Assembly: GCA_027011205.1 (NCBI GenBank)
Contig: JALVAL010000631.1
Location: 1 to 45,444, forward strand
Reading direction: 5' to 3'
Source of the DNA: Gammaproteobacteria bacterium
GTDB lineage: Bacteria; Pseudomonadota; Gammaproteobacteria; GRL18
DNA length: 45,444 bases
This document shows, in pieces, positions 1 to 8,284 of the stretch. Each line of letters begins with the position of its first letter. Position 1 is the first letter of the stretch. The notes under the pieces are model-generated. The model had not been told where the DNA came from. It saw only the letters and a program-made list of their open reading frames with translations, and ran no database searches. The position numbers were made by a program, and so were the translations under genes.

Positions 1-145
1 TCCACAACCAAGACACATCGTCTTCATCGCCATTCTTCAAAGTCAACTGAAGAGCGGTGTTGAGTTTCCCATTAACATATATTTCACCTATACGGCAATT
101 TCCATTAAGCCCTTGAACCAGCCCTAGTAACGCCCTAACAAAATA
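1..145. repeat. Terminal overlap copy 1. It is identical to 45300-45444 except at position 127 (G here, A at 45426). This marks circular or permuted genome closure.
   Basis: Direct comparison of the window ends gives 144/145 identical bases. The repeat lies inside a coding frame that reads through the junction. Confidence 0.95.
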
Positions 146-556
146 ATCATAGGCAACTATTACTTCTTGGGTTCTTGTGTGCGTTTCTACGTCCGCATCC
201 TTTCCATCAGCGTCAAGCTCCTGAACCGTATAAGTCTGATATTGTTTAACCGGGACAGTCCATTTGTCGAAAACCTGAATAATTTGAGGAGCCATCAGTT
301 TCGTTCCGCAAAGGTACGGAATAGGAGCATTCTCCGCATAGCTCATCATTTGGAGGTCGTTGGGCTTGGGCGTTTCTAACTGCCCCGGTTCCATAGAAGG
401 CATATGAGGTGGGGAAGGGGCAAATACCGTTGCTTGAAGAACCCCGCCTATCATTCCGCCAATTCCACCGCCTATCGCAGCTCCCGCCGGACCAAAGAAG
501 TATCCTCCAATGGCCATCCCTACAACAGAAAATATTATCCCTACAAACTTAGACAC
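1..556 (-). CDS. Tail hub / host-specificity protein (lambda gpJ / RcGTA g15-like), N-terminal segment. It continues into 45444..41842 across the circular junction.
   Basis: Hand translation of the minus strand shows the frame of ORF 41842..45345 has no stop up to the window end. The same frame stays open from 145 up to a stop at 569-571. GTG at 556-554 is preceded by the SD-like GAGGAGAGAGG, and an alternative ATG lies at 517-515. The N-terminus VSKFVGIIFSVVGMAIGGYFFGPAGAAIGGGIGGMIGG is the Gly-rich hydrophobic leader seen in g15-like proteins. Confidence 0.8.
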   Translation of the reverse strand, partial: MSKFVGIIFSVVGMAIGGYFFGPAGAAIGGGIGGMIGGVLQATVFAPSPPHMPSMEPGQLETPKPNDLQMMSYAENAPIPYLCGTKLMAPQIIQVFDKWTVPVKQYQTYTVQELDADGKDADVETHTRTQEVIVAYDYFVRALLGLVQGLNGNCRIGEIYVNGKLNTALQLTLKNGDEDDVSWLW

Positions 557-896
557 AGGCCTCTCTCCTCAATAACGGATGGGCGAATATGGTCCATTCC
601 GCCGTTGTCCTTTTAATTGCTTCCAATTGAGACACTTTTACCTTTCCGTAGGATGAATGGGTGAATCGTTCCTGGTCTAAAAATACTCCGAAATGTATCT
701 CTACATATCTTTGGATCACAAGGATATCTCCAGCCTGCGGCTCATCCGTTTCAAAAAACCCTGCCCTTAATGCTTGTCTCCGGACATCGCTTATGTTCTT
801 CGCATCTCCTTTGGGAAGAGAGATTCCAAAGTTGTCTTGACAATAATCAATCACATACTTGAAACAAGCTGGCTCTGTCCGGCGTATAGACAACAT
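549..896 (-). CDS. NlpC/P60-family peptidase (lambda gpK C-terminal domain / RcGTA g14-like tail-tip protein).
   Basis: The Cys motif PACFKYVIDY..FGISLP and the His motif GDILVI..HFGVFL..FTHSS fit NlpC/P60. It sits between the L-like and J-like genes. The start at 896 forms an ATGA overlap with the upstream stop. The listed longer ORF start at 971 would overlap the upstream gene by 76 nt. Confidence 0.65.
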   Translation of the reverse strand: MLSIRRTEPACFKYVIDYCQDNFGISLPKGDAKNISDVRRQALRAGFFETDEPQAGDILVIQRYVEIHFGVFLDQERFTHSSYGKVKVSQLEAIKRTTAEWTIFAHPLLRREACV

Positions 897-1570
897 CAGA
901 ACACAATATCTCCTGCTTTGGGGATATATAGAAATCCCCCAAAATTCTCTACCTGTCCATATTTTACGCAATCAGAAAAAGTCTTCTCGCATACAGGTCT
1001 AACATCCGCAGCCCCCACCTCGAATTCATCAGGATCGGCCATATACAGATATTGACCGGAAACTTGATAGGCTACCTCGCTGATTCCTGATTGAACGAGT
1101 TCACGGTAATTCGATGATAAATCCGCATCAACTTTAACGTAATTTTGCCCCACGTCCGTGATATTGACGCTAATTTTATTAGCATCTATATTGTAAAGGC
1201 AAGCCCCTTTTCCGAAAGAGAAGGAGCAAGCCCTTCCATATATCCGTCCCGGAACCAAGAGATTGAAATTATTGTCATCAACTATAGCGTATGAATACAA
1301 ATCACCATCCCAACTCTCTGTAACAACAATCCCGCTGACCAATAAGACCTCCTGACCATTTATCACCTCGTAAGCCCGGAGTCTCTGTCCCTTTTCAAAA
1401 AATTGAGTAGGAACTTGGATCGTTATTCCGGCAGGACCCGCCATGGCATCCATCTTGACATTCAGGTCGATGGCTTGAAATTTGCCCCCTTCCACTCCGG
1501 TTGACGTCCAGATCTCTCCAGTAGAAACATCTACCAGTTTGTAATATATATTGATATATTTCAGACTCAT
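896..1570 (-). CDS. Minor tail protein (lambda gpL-like / RcGTA g13-like, DUF2163 plus BR0599-type C-terminus).
   Basis: The C-terminal motif CEKTFSDCVKYGQVENFGGFLYIP matches the BR0599 Cys-containing signature. Its size (224 aa) and its position between the M-like and K-like genes also fit. Confidence 0.7.
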   Translation of the reverse strand: MSLKYINIYYKLVDVSTGEIWTSTGVEGGKFQAIDLNVKMDAMAGPAGITIQVPTQFFEKGQRLRAYEVINGQEVLLVSGIVVTESWDGDLYSYAIVDDNNFNLLVPGRIYGRACSFSFGKGACLYNIDANKISVNITDVGQNYVKVDADLSSNYRELVQSGISEVAYQVSGQYLYMADPDEFEVGAADVRPVCEKTFSDCVKYGQVENFGGFLYIPKAGDIVF

Positions 1571-1908
1571 GTGCTCTCTACAACAATCTGAACAATCATA
1601 TCATAACGGTTAGGGCCTACAAAAGTAACATTAGGAGGTGTGTCATTAAACCAAGCTGTTTTCACTCCTCCTGTCTCTATGTCATGCCAATCAAATGAAG
1701 AGGTTCGGTTTTGTTCATAAAAATTAATAAGTGTGTTCTTGTCATCAATATATATGGCTTTGTAAACAAGCCCATATATCTTTCTCAACACACCATGAAC
1801 AACTTTTATAGGCTCTCCATCCCCTGCTCTAAAATCCTTGACATTAGAATCATCATATCCGAGCGTGGTTCGATAAGAAGGGACAGGATCTTGCGGGTAA
1901 GTAGCCAT
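1567..1908 (-). CDS. Minor tail protein (lambda gpM-like / distal tail component).
   Basis: It is 113 aa, lies immediately downstream of the tape measure, and abuts its stop (stop 1909-1911, start 1908). The call rests on size and synteny only. Confidence 0.45.
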   Translation of the reverse strand: MATYPQDPVPSYRTTLGYDDSNVKDFRAGDGEPIKVVHGVLRKIYGLVYKAIYIDDKNTLINFYEQNRTSSFDWHDIETGGVKTAWFNDTPPNVTFVGPNRYDMIVQIVVEST

Positions 1909-4251
1909 CTAAAATCTCCTAAATCCTGATACAGTCCCAGAACTTGTCATTTGTTGAGCATATCGATAAAGGACATCTTGGACACCTTTAGAATCAAGAG
2001 CATACACATTTATAACAGTCTGAGAAACTTCCTTGGTGCCTTCCTTCTCCTTCTCCTTCTCTCTGCGGATCTGTTCCGGTGTGCGAACCTCTTCATCATA
2101 TCGTAAGATAGCAGGAAACTCGCCAGGTTTCAAGCCATCATGAAGTCGAGGAACAGAAGATATCCAACTCTTTGGGAAATACCGAGCAGGACCTCTATTA
2201 ATTCCGACATACCCTGTATGTTGTGCGTACCAAGGGATATCAAATGAAGCACCTTCTGTAGCTGACACTATGTCTGCATTAGCAGCCCATCCTGCTCCTG
2301 TACTCATATTAACCGCTCCAGCACTGGTAGAAGCCATATTCCCGGCTCCACCTGCTCCGAAGAAACTGCCTGCTAAACCAACAGCCCATCCTACAGCTTT
2401 CTGAATAAGCCCACCCTTTCCGCCTTGGCCCCATAAGGCCATCTGTAACTGTGCGGCCATCCAATCAGCCAGCATCCGATTTAACATCATCTGAAAACTT
2501 CTGAGTAAGTTTTTGAAATTCCCTTCCATGATATTCATAAAGAAATCACTGGAGGCTGATTGCATTGATCGCATAGCGCCAATCCAAAACTGCGACATGG
2601 AATCAGATGTGTCCTTAGCAACTTGCTTGACTTTCTTCAACTCCTCTTGTTGTCTGGTGTACAGCCCGATGGAAAGTTTTGCATACTTTGAGTACGAAAT
2701 AGCTCCGGAATCGTACAATTTTTGAAGTTCTTCGTTCAAAAGGTTATATTTTACCCTGATAGACTCAATTCTTCTTTCATATTCAGGAAGAGCTTTAAGA
2801 GTCAAATCATCTATAAGCTTCTTGTATTCTTCGAGCTTATTCTTCCCTCCTTTTTTGGAACTAAAATCAGACACATCCAGAACTAATTTAGATTTCGCCT
2901 TAGAAACAGACTCAAAAGCTGAATTAACAACAGATGTGTATTGCTTTATTTTATCAATCGCAGACTGAACTCTCTGTTCCATCGCCCCAGGAGCTTCTTC
3001 AGGCTGCGAAGAAGGACGAGGACTAGGCCCTTCTTCGTACAAAGGAGTTGACTTAAGATAAGTCTTTCCAGAACCTGGCTTCATAGCCTTAGCCAGTAAT
3101 TGAGAAGCAATCAATGGATGGGTTTTGGTTTGTTCATCCTGCCATTGTCTCAGTTTTCGCAAGATAGTCAATGCGCCCAATAAGGTAGCAGTTCCTTTCT
3201 TGCCGAGCACAAAAGCTCCGATAACACCTACTTCTTGAGCCCAAGTAGGAAGTTGTTTGAACTCTTTCCAAACAGCCTTTACAGTGTCTCCCATATCAGA
3301 GAGAATAGGATGAAGAGTGTCATATATTGATGCAATTCCTAAAGCAGTTCTCTCAAAAACACGAACAACAGCATCAGAAACACTCTTGGCCCACTCATCC
3401 AGTTTCCCCTCCTTTTTCAAACGCTCAATTTGGTCATTAACAACCCTTAGAGAAGCAGCAAGATATTTCCCAAGGCCTGAAGACATTAATTTATCTTCAA
3501 CCTGCTCAACATAAGAAATGAAAACTTCCCATTGCCCTTTGAGAGTGTCCATAAGCCGAGACATCTGTCCGCCAAAACGACTCTCCATATAATGGATAAA
3601 CGCCTCATAAACATCCTTCATAGACACAGCTCCTGAGGCGATAGCATCATTCAATTTGTCTATATCCTTCTTGGTAACATTAAATGCACCGCTTAGAACC
3701 TCATTGACATTAATCCCGGCCTGGATAAGCTGGTTGAGGTCCTGAGCCATGAGCTTCCCTGCTGAATTGATCTGTCCAAGGGCAAAGGCAATCCTGCCGA
3801 AAACTTGCTTATCTCCAAAAGCAGCGGCAGTGTCCCCTAATGCTCTCATCGCCTCAATTGTAGGGTCAAGCCCATAGGCCTTCATAGTCATATAAGACTT
3901 CATCACTTCGCCAATTCGAAACGGTGTGTCTTGTGCAAAATCAAGAAGTTCTTTCCATTTCTTTGCCGCAGCAGTCTGCGTACCTTCTAATGTTGAGAGA
4001 GTCTTTCTATACTGTTCAAAGGCATTTGATGTGGAAATGACGTCTCTAATTACAATCCCTGCTCCAAACCCCATCAAAGCAGTTCTGAGAGAGAATAATG
4101 AGTCCTTAACACGACTAATTGTGGATCTCAATTTACCAAAGGCTCCCTTGACACGACGAGCTCTCGGAATAATAGAATTCAATGCTTCATTTACTTCTCT
4201 TGCTCCTGCTCGTGCTCCGCTCGAATCTATAAATATATCAATGCCTGGCAT
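1909..4251 (-). CDS. Tail tape measure protein.
   Basis: The 780-aa protein is helix-rich. The core motif GDTAAAFGDKQVFGRIAFALGQINSAGKLMAQDLNQLIQAGINV is typical of TMP core regions, and a Gly-rich hydrophobic segment lies near the C-terminus. It follows the G/GT chaperones. Confidence 0.9.
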   Translation of the reverse strand: MPGIDIFIDSSGARAGAREVNEALNSIIPRARRVKGAFGKLRSTISRVKDSLFSLRTALMGFGAGIVIRDVISTSNAFEQYRKTLSTLEGTQTAAAKKWKELLDFAQDTPFRIGEVMKSYMTMKAYGLDPTIEAMRALGDTAAAFGDKQVFGRIAFALGQINSAGKLMAQDLNQLIQAGINVNEVLSGAFNVTKKDIDKLNDAIASGAVSMKDVYEAFIHYMESRFGGQMSRLMDTLKGQWEVFISYVEQVEDKLMSSGLGKYLAASLRVVNDQIERLKKEGKLDEWAKSVSDAVVRVFERTALGIASIYDTLHPILSDMGDTVKAVWKEFKQLPTWAQEVGVIGAFVLGKKGTATLLGALTILRKLRQWQDEQTKTHPLIASQLLAKAMKPGSGKTYLKSTPLYEEGPSPRPSSQPEEAPGAMEQRVQSAIDKIKQYTSVVNSAFESVSKAKSKLVLDVSDFSSKKGGKNKLEEYKKLIDDLTLKALPEYERRIESIRVKYNLLNEELQKLYDSGAISYSKYAKLSIGLYTRQQEELKKVKQVAKDTSDSMSQFWIGAMRSMQSASSDFFMNIMEGNFKNLLRSFQMMLNRMLADWMAAQLQMALWGQGGKGGLIQKAVGWAVGLAGSFFGAGGAGNMASTSAGAVNMSTGAGWAANADIVSATEGASFDIPWYAQHTGYVGINRGPARYFPKSWISSVPRLHDGLKPGEFPAILRYDEEVRTPEQIRREKEKEKEGTKEVSQTVINVYALDSKGVQDVLYRYAQQMTSSGTVSGFRRF

Positions 4252-4255
4252 TTTA

Positions 4256-4962
4256 TCAATCCTCTTTGGCCATTTTCAAATAATATATGTCAAGAACAGT
4301 TACCCATTTTGTAATATAAGACCACTTGTCTTGAGGAATGTCAAATAAGGTTAGATAGCTGAGAATCTCTCTCATTTTAATTGCCTCAATCACAAACCCT
4401 ACATTCCTTGTAAAATTCAGTGCCTCAAATGTGTTCCAAACATCTTGAAGGTCTGCAAAAAGCTCTGGCTTGTTCTCAATAGCGGGAATGTGATGTCCCT
4501 CTTCAACAAGTGAATAGAGCCATTCTTCTTTCTCTCCATAATGGAACCACCATTCAAGGCACTCTTTTAGTTTTTTTCAGTCTCAGCATCCTCCTTACAA
4601 CGGAAAAGCTCCATACTCTCCGAACATGACTCAACAAAATCCCTGAAATCAGGATATTCTGTCAAATATTCATATGCTTTCTCTGGAGAATAAGGAATGG
4701 AGTTTCCATCCTCCTCAAATCCACGCCAATCAAGAACAATTGTCTCTGCGGTACATTTAGCAAGAATTTTATCAAAAACATCCTGACTCAATGTACCTTT
4801 CCTGATAGCTGATTTGTAAGGGAGGGTCAAACGCTCAAGCATTGACTTGAATCGAGGATTGCCTACTCTAGCAATCAGAATTGAAGACGAGTCATCAATG
4901 TCCACCCACACCCCTTCCTTCTCAGCTATTGGATCAGTTTTGAATATTTTCTTTATGTCCAT
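4256..4962 (-). CDS. Tail assembly chaperone frameshift product (gpGT-like), made by a -1 slip in the A7 run at 4571-4577.
   Basis: Hand translation shows the -1 frame is open from the slippery site (KKLKECLEWWFHYGEKEEW...YYLKMAKED) to TGA at 4258-4256, 4 nt before the tape-measure ATG. This frame has no early start codon of its own. Confidence 0.7.
4567..4580 (-). promoter_or_regulatory. Programmed -1 ribosomal frameshift site (A AAA AAC heptamer within an A7 run).
   Basis: The minus strand reads CTGAAAAAAACTAA. The heptamer lies in the zero frame immediately before the G stop codon. Confidence 0.65.
4567..4962 (-). CDS. Tail assembly chaperone (gpG-like).
   Basis: The 131-aa acidic protein sits between the tail tube and the tape measure. 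It ends in a slippery A7 run (GAA AAA AAC TAA). Confidence 0.75.
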   Translation of the reverse strand: MDIKKIFKTDPIAEKEGVWVDIDDSSSILIARVGNPRFKSMLERLTLPYKSAIRKGTLSQDVFDKILAKCTAETIVLDWRGFEEDGNSIPYSPEKAYEYLTEYPDFRDFVESCSESMELFRCKEDAETEKN

Positions 4963-4974
4963 AAACTCTCCTTA

Positions 4975-6117
4975 TTATGATCCAAAACGATCTATTTGCA
5001 TGGTCCATCCATATGTAGGATGAACAATAGCCTGAAATCCCATGTTCTCCATAACATCCTGATTTTTCCCCGGAACGGAAATGTCATCAGAGGAGAATTT
5101 TATTCTTGGAAACGTAAATATATAAGTCTTATTGTTCTTTGTAACTCGGAAAGAGAAACTTGATGTAGTATTGTTGATAAATTTATCATACATACTGCCA
5201 TCAGCAAAATAGATGGACATATTCCCTTTCACATCACAGTCACCTTCTGCAAGATCCGCATTACCAAGAACACCAATAGCAGAGAGCCCTCGAACATTGT
5301 TATTCACACTGAAATCGACACTCTGTATGAATGTGTCAGAAATTACAGAACCTCCCTCCATTATGTTTCCAACATTGGCAACAGCGTTCATAACATCTTC
5401 GGTAGATCCTTGATTTGGTGCTCCTGTACCCACAGTAGAAGTAGTCCTGCCCACAGTTTTCCCGATAAAAGTCAATGTTCCTGTAACAACCGAATTCGCA
5501 GCCACTTTCATTGCCAGCTGAGAAACAACCATCCCTGTCCAATGGAAGAATTGTCCTTTATCCTGATGCTCTCTTTCAATTGTGAAAGACTTCTCTGTAG
5601 TACCATCAGTTAGTATTGAGCCCGTGATAGAAATAGACGACCCAGAACTCTCAGTAGTCAATGTTCCGTCCGTAATAATCAATTGATGTTGGGCAACAGC
5701 GCTGACATGCCAAAACCCATCATTATTTGAACTTCCGGACACTTTTATCCACTGCCCTGCCTTAACTGAAGAAAAATCAGTAGAGGTCGAGTCAATTGTA
5801 TTACCAACTCCGTCAAAAGAAATGTCAGACCCTGAGATGCTCAAATCACTGGACCAACTGTTATACAGCGCAGATTCCAAGAAATCATCTGGCCCTCCAT
5901 ACCTCAATTCAAAGTTAATTGTACCTCCAGGATTAGCCCCTGTCTGGATCAGATCTTCAATCTTGCGATCAGATCGAATTGTTTCTGACTGAATAGTAGA
6001 TATGTTATAAGACAGCGAATCGCTCGTATCGCCAAAATTGGTGAAAGCAATAGAAGGAATTTCTCCCCAAGTGCTCTCAACTCCATACCTGATCTGTGTT
6101 CTGTTTGCACTACTCAT
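4975..6117 (-). CDS. Major tail tube protein with an internal beta-rich insertion domain.
   Basis: It lies between the tail terminator and the chaperones. It is 380 aa and Ser/Thr/Gly-rich, with an N-terminus (YGVESTWGE..F....S.SL) resembling tail tube families. Confidence 0.65.
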   Translation of the reverse strand: MSSANRTQIRYGVESTWGEIPSIAFTNFGDTSDSLSYNISTIQSETIRSDRKIEDLIQTGANPGGTINFELRYGGPDDFLESALYNSWSSDLSISGSDISFDGVGNTIDSTSTDFSSVKAGQWIKVSGSSNNDGFWHVSAVAQHQLIITDGTLTTESSGSSISITGSILTDGTTEKSFTIEREHQDKGQFFHWTGMVVSQLAMKVAANSVVTGTLTFIGKTVGRTTSTVGTGAPNQGSTEDVMNAVANVGNIMEGGSVISDTFIQSVDFSVNNNVRGLSAIGVLGNADLAEGDCDVKGNMSIYFADGSMYDKFINNTTSSFSFRVTKNNKTYIFTFPRIKFSSDDISVPGKNQDVMENMGFQAIVHPTYGWTMQIDRFGS

Positions 6118-6119
6118 TG

Positions 6120-6515
6120 TTATTTCACCTCATCATAATAAAATGGGATTGTCACTTTATATTGAACCCAATCTCCAGGAGGCGTAAAAGGTGTCATACT
6201 ACCAGTCAAACACACGAGACCTTCCTGATCAAAATGATAAAACAAATCAATTAAATCAGATGCTAAACTGAAGGCCTTATGTGTTCCTGTATTTTTAGGA
6301 ACCATCACTGATATATCAATAATTCCGAACCACCTATTCAACGCTGCATTATCTCCTAAAGATATCTGACTCCCTTCCCCAGGGATAACGAAAACCTCAA
6401 TATAAGAAACTCCTCTTTCTGGGTTATAAGGCAAATTAGCAAACGCAAAAGGCGTCTGCGTCCATTCAGACTTTATTCGCCCTTCAACAAGCTTTCGTAT
6501 CTTATCAAGACTCAC
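6120..6515 (-). CDS. Tail terminator protein (gpU-like / DUF4128-like).
   Basis: It is 131 aa and lies directly upstream of the tube gene. The pattern TPFAFANLPYNPERGVSYIEVFVIPGE...RWFGIIDISV resembles tail terminator families. Confidence 0.55.
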   Translation of the reverse strand: MSLDKIRKLVEGRIKSEWTQTPFAFANLPYNPERGVSYIEVFVIPGEGSQISLGDNAALNRWFGIIDISVMVPKNTGTHKAFSLASDLIDLFYHFDQEGLVCLTGSMTPFTPPGDWVQYKVTIPFYYDEVK

Positions 6516-6724
6516 TTCTTGCGCCTCTTACAACTTGGGAAGGATGGATATCTCTTACAAACAGCTTGCCGCACTTTCTTTATCTCAAAAGGAGTCCCAA
6601 ACTGTGATACTCTTGCTAAGGCATTAGCAGCATGACTCCTGTCATAAATAGGATATTTCCTTTTCTCTGGAATTGCAAATGAAGACTTGGGCAATCTCTT
6701 CCGTTTAGAGTAAGATAACTTCAT
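6512..6724 (-). CDS. Small basic conserved phage protein of unknown function.
   Basis: The 70-aa, Lys/Arg-rich protein carries the motif FAIPEKRKYPIYDRSHAANALAR. Its ends overlap both neighbours, which suggests translational coupling. Confidence 0.5.
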   Translation of the reverse strand: MKLSYSKRKRLPKSSFAIPEKRKYPIYDRSHAANALARVSQFGTPFEIKKVRQAVCKRYPSFPSCKRRKK

Positions 6725-7188
6725 AGTTTGATATCCTTTAACATTCTCACAAGAGCATTTCTAACTGAAATGAGCGTCACACGAACCATGCCAGCAGGGG
6801 CTTGCCTGGAAAAGCCAGCAGCAGTGACTTTCTTAGTTGGACCATGCCACAGTCCAAACTCAGCCGTCTCTGCATAATCCATATGATTAGATATAACAAC
6901 AATATCTCCACATTGAGCTTTGTTGATTGTTGAATTTGCAGAGTGAAAAGCAACAAAAGAAGCTCCTGCAGACGCCAACCTGCCTCCATGAATATTTACT
7001 CTCGCATCCGGAACCTTATTAAGCCCTACTTGCCATGAAGCTCTTAACGCTCCTGTATCAACAGGAGTACGCATCACCACCCCCTTAAAAACATCCATAG
7101 CAGTCTTTCTCAACACTTTGTCTAATGAGATATTGAGAGTATCTGATAATTTTTTCAGGTCGGCTTCAAATTTGGCAAGGTCTCTCAT
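6721..7188 (-). CDS. HK97 gp10-family neck / tail-completion protein.
   Basis: The motif RTPVDTGALRASWQV is characteristic of the HK97 gp10 family. It lies in the neck module. Confidence 0.65.
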   Translation of the reverse strand: MRDLAKFEADLKKLSDTLNISLDKVLRKTAMDVFKGVVMRTPVDTGALRASWQVGLNKVPDARVNIHGGRLASAGASFVAFHSANSTINKAQCGDIVVISNHMDYAETAEFGLWHGPTKKVTAAGFSRQAPAGMVRVTLISVRNALVRMLKDIKL

Positions 7189-7556
7189 TTCAGTCCTCCT
7201 GCAGGACGCATTGCTGTTTCAACAATGACGGAATTATTCGACAAAATCTTTGTTATTTCATACTCTTCTTTATCTGTCCGAACAACTCTGTGCACTTGTA
7301 TGTCATCAGATTGAGGATTAGCCAGAAACACTCCTTTACAAACATCATCAGACAAGTGATATTTATCTATCTCTTGAGCTGTGAATGTCTGAATCAATAA
7401 CAAGTAGGAAGAGGAATGGGTGAAAATATTGTTATGCTCGCCGGTAGAAGGGTCATACGACAATTCCAAAACTCCAACATCAGCATTTTGCACAAGCCCT
7501 TCTCTTTTGAGAGCTGTGAAATATTTCTTTGCTAATTGTTGGAGTTGTCTTAACAT
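7185..7556 (-). CDS. Head closure / head-tail adaptor protein.
   Basis: It is 123 aa and lies between the connector-like and gp10-like genes. The call rests on synteny only. Confidence 0.4.
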   Translation of the reverse strand: MLRQLQQLAKKYFTALKREGLVQNADVGVLELSYDPSTGEHNNIFTHSSSYLLLIQTFTAQEIDKYHLSDDVCKGVFLANPQSDDIQVHRVVRTDKEEYEITKILSNNSVIVETAMRPAGGLK

Positions 7557-8056
7557 CTAAAAAGTCTCACTTCCGAATTTTTTATGTTCTTACTGGGAGT
7601 TCCCCAATAAGAAATAAAATTAATAATATAATCTGGAATAAATTCCGAATCAGTGTCAGACACCTTAAAAGATAACCCCGCACCAAGAGAAACAGATTTA
7701 AAAATAGAAGAATTGTTTAAAGGGTTATTTTCCAAAAGATAAACAGCTAACAAAGCGGTGGCTATTTTAAGCTCTGGAAGAATTTCATTATCAGGAACAA
7801 CATTCCCCATTTTATCAAACAAACCTGTTCGAGGGTGCTGGAGAGCTTGTATAGTAGGATTTGTTGGGGACCCATTCCATTCAATATAATTGTCAAGAAT
7901 GTTAGTGGCCCATCTCAAAGAAGCTTCCTGCTTGCTCAATTCGAAAGATCGCCAATCATCTACCGACAATGAATGATTGTTTAATAAATCATCAGCCTCT
8001 TCAACCGATATATAAGAATCAGCATCAGAGGCTCCTGGAGAAGTGACGAGAGACAT
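7550..8056 (-). CDS. Head-tail connector protein (gp6-like / DnaT-like fold).
   Basis: The N-terminal motif DADSYISVEEADDLL is typical of gp6-like connector proteins. It lies after the capsid gene. Confidence 0.55.
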   Translation of the reverse strand: MSLVTSPGASDADSYISVEEADDLLNNHSLSVDDWRSFELSKQEASLRWATNILDNYIEWNGSPTNPTIQALQHPRTGLFDKMGNVVPDNEILPELKIATALLAVYLLENNPLNNSSIFKSVSLGAGLSFKVSDTDSEFIPDYIINFISYWGTPSKNIKNSEVRLFRC

Positions 8057-8196
8057 TATTCAGCCTTCTTATCTTCTTTCCGTTTCTTCTCTTTATAAAC
8101 CTTGTGTACTTTGGGGTCAAAGTCTTCTTTGTTGATGACCATGAACCCATCCTTTGAATCATGAACAACTTTTACCGTTTCTTTCTTATACATCAT
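8056..8196 (-). CDS. Small Lys-rich hypothetical protein.
   Basis: I chose the start at the internal MMYKKETVKV because the longer listed ORF (to 8256) would include the terminator hairpin. The product is 46 aa. Confidence 0.35.
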   Translation of the reverse strand: MMYKKETVKVVHDSKDGFMVINKEDFDPKVHKVYKEKKRKEDKKAE

Positions 8197-8215
8197 ATCA
8201 AACACCCCATAAATT

Positions 8216-8254
8216 ACAAAAAGGCAGGGCGCACTTGCTATAATGCGCCCCACC
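8216..8254 (-). terminator. Rho-independent terminator or attenuator downstream of the major capsid gene.
   Basis: The minus strand reads GGTGGGGCGCA-TTATAGCAAG-TGCGCCCTGCC followed by TTTTTGT. This gives a GC-rich stem (7 perfect bp, extendable to about 11 with wobbles) plus a T tract. Confidence 0.6.
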
Positions 8255-8284
8255 AAGGACCAGGAGGATAGGAGAGAAGGAGGA

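Noticed and set aside
1-145. The terminal repeat as physical direct terminal repeats (a packaging feature).
   Set aside because: The repeat lies in the middle of the hub coding sequence and reads through in frame. This fits assembly closure of a circular or permuted genome better. The question cannot be settled without read-end data.
167-616. Plus-strand ORFs 167..379 and 404..616 at the left edge.
   Set aside because: The minus strand here encodes the N-terminal 137 codons of the hub protein, in phase with the ORF running off the right edge. The plus-strand ORFs are antisense artefacts.
3926-4348. A 140-aa plus-strand ORF spanning the tape-measure start.
   Set aside because: It is antisense to the tape measure and to the -1 frame extension of the chaperone, which explains the region better.
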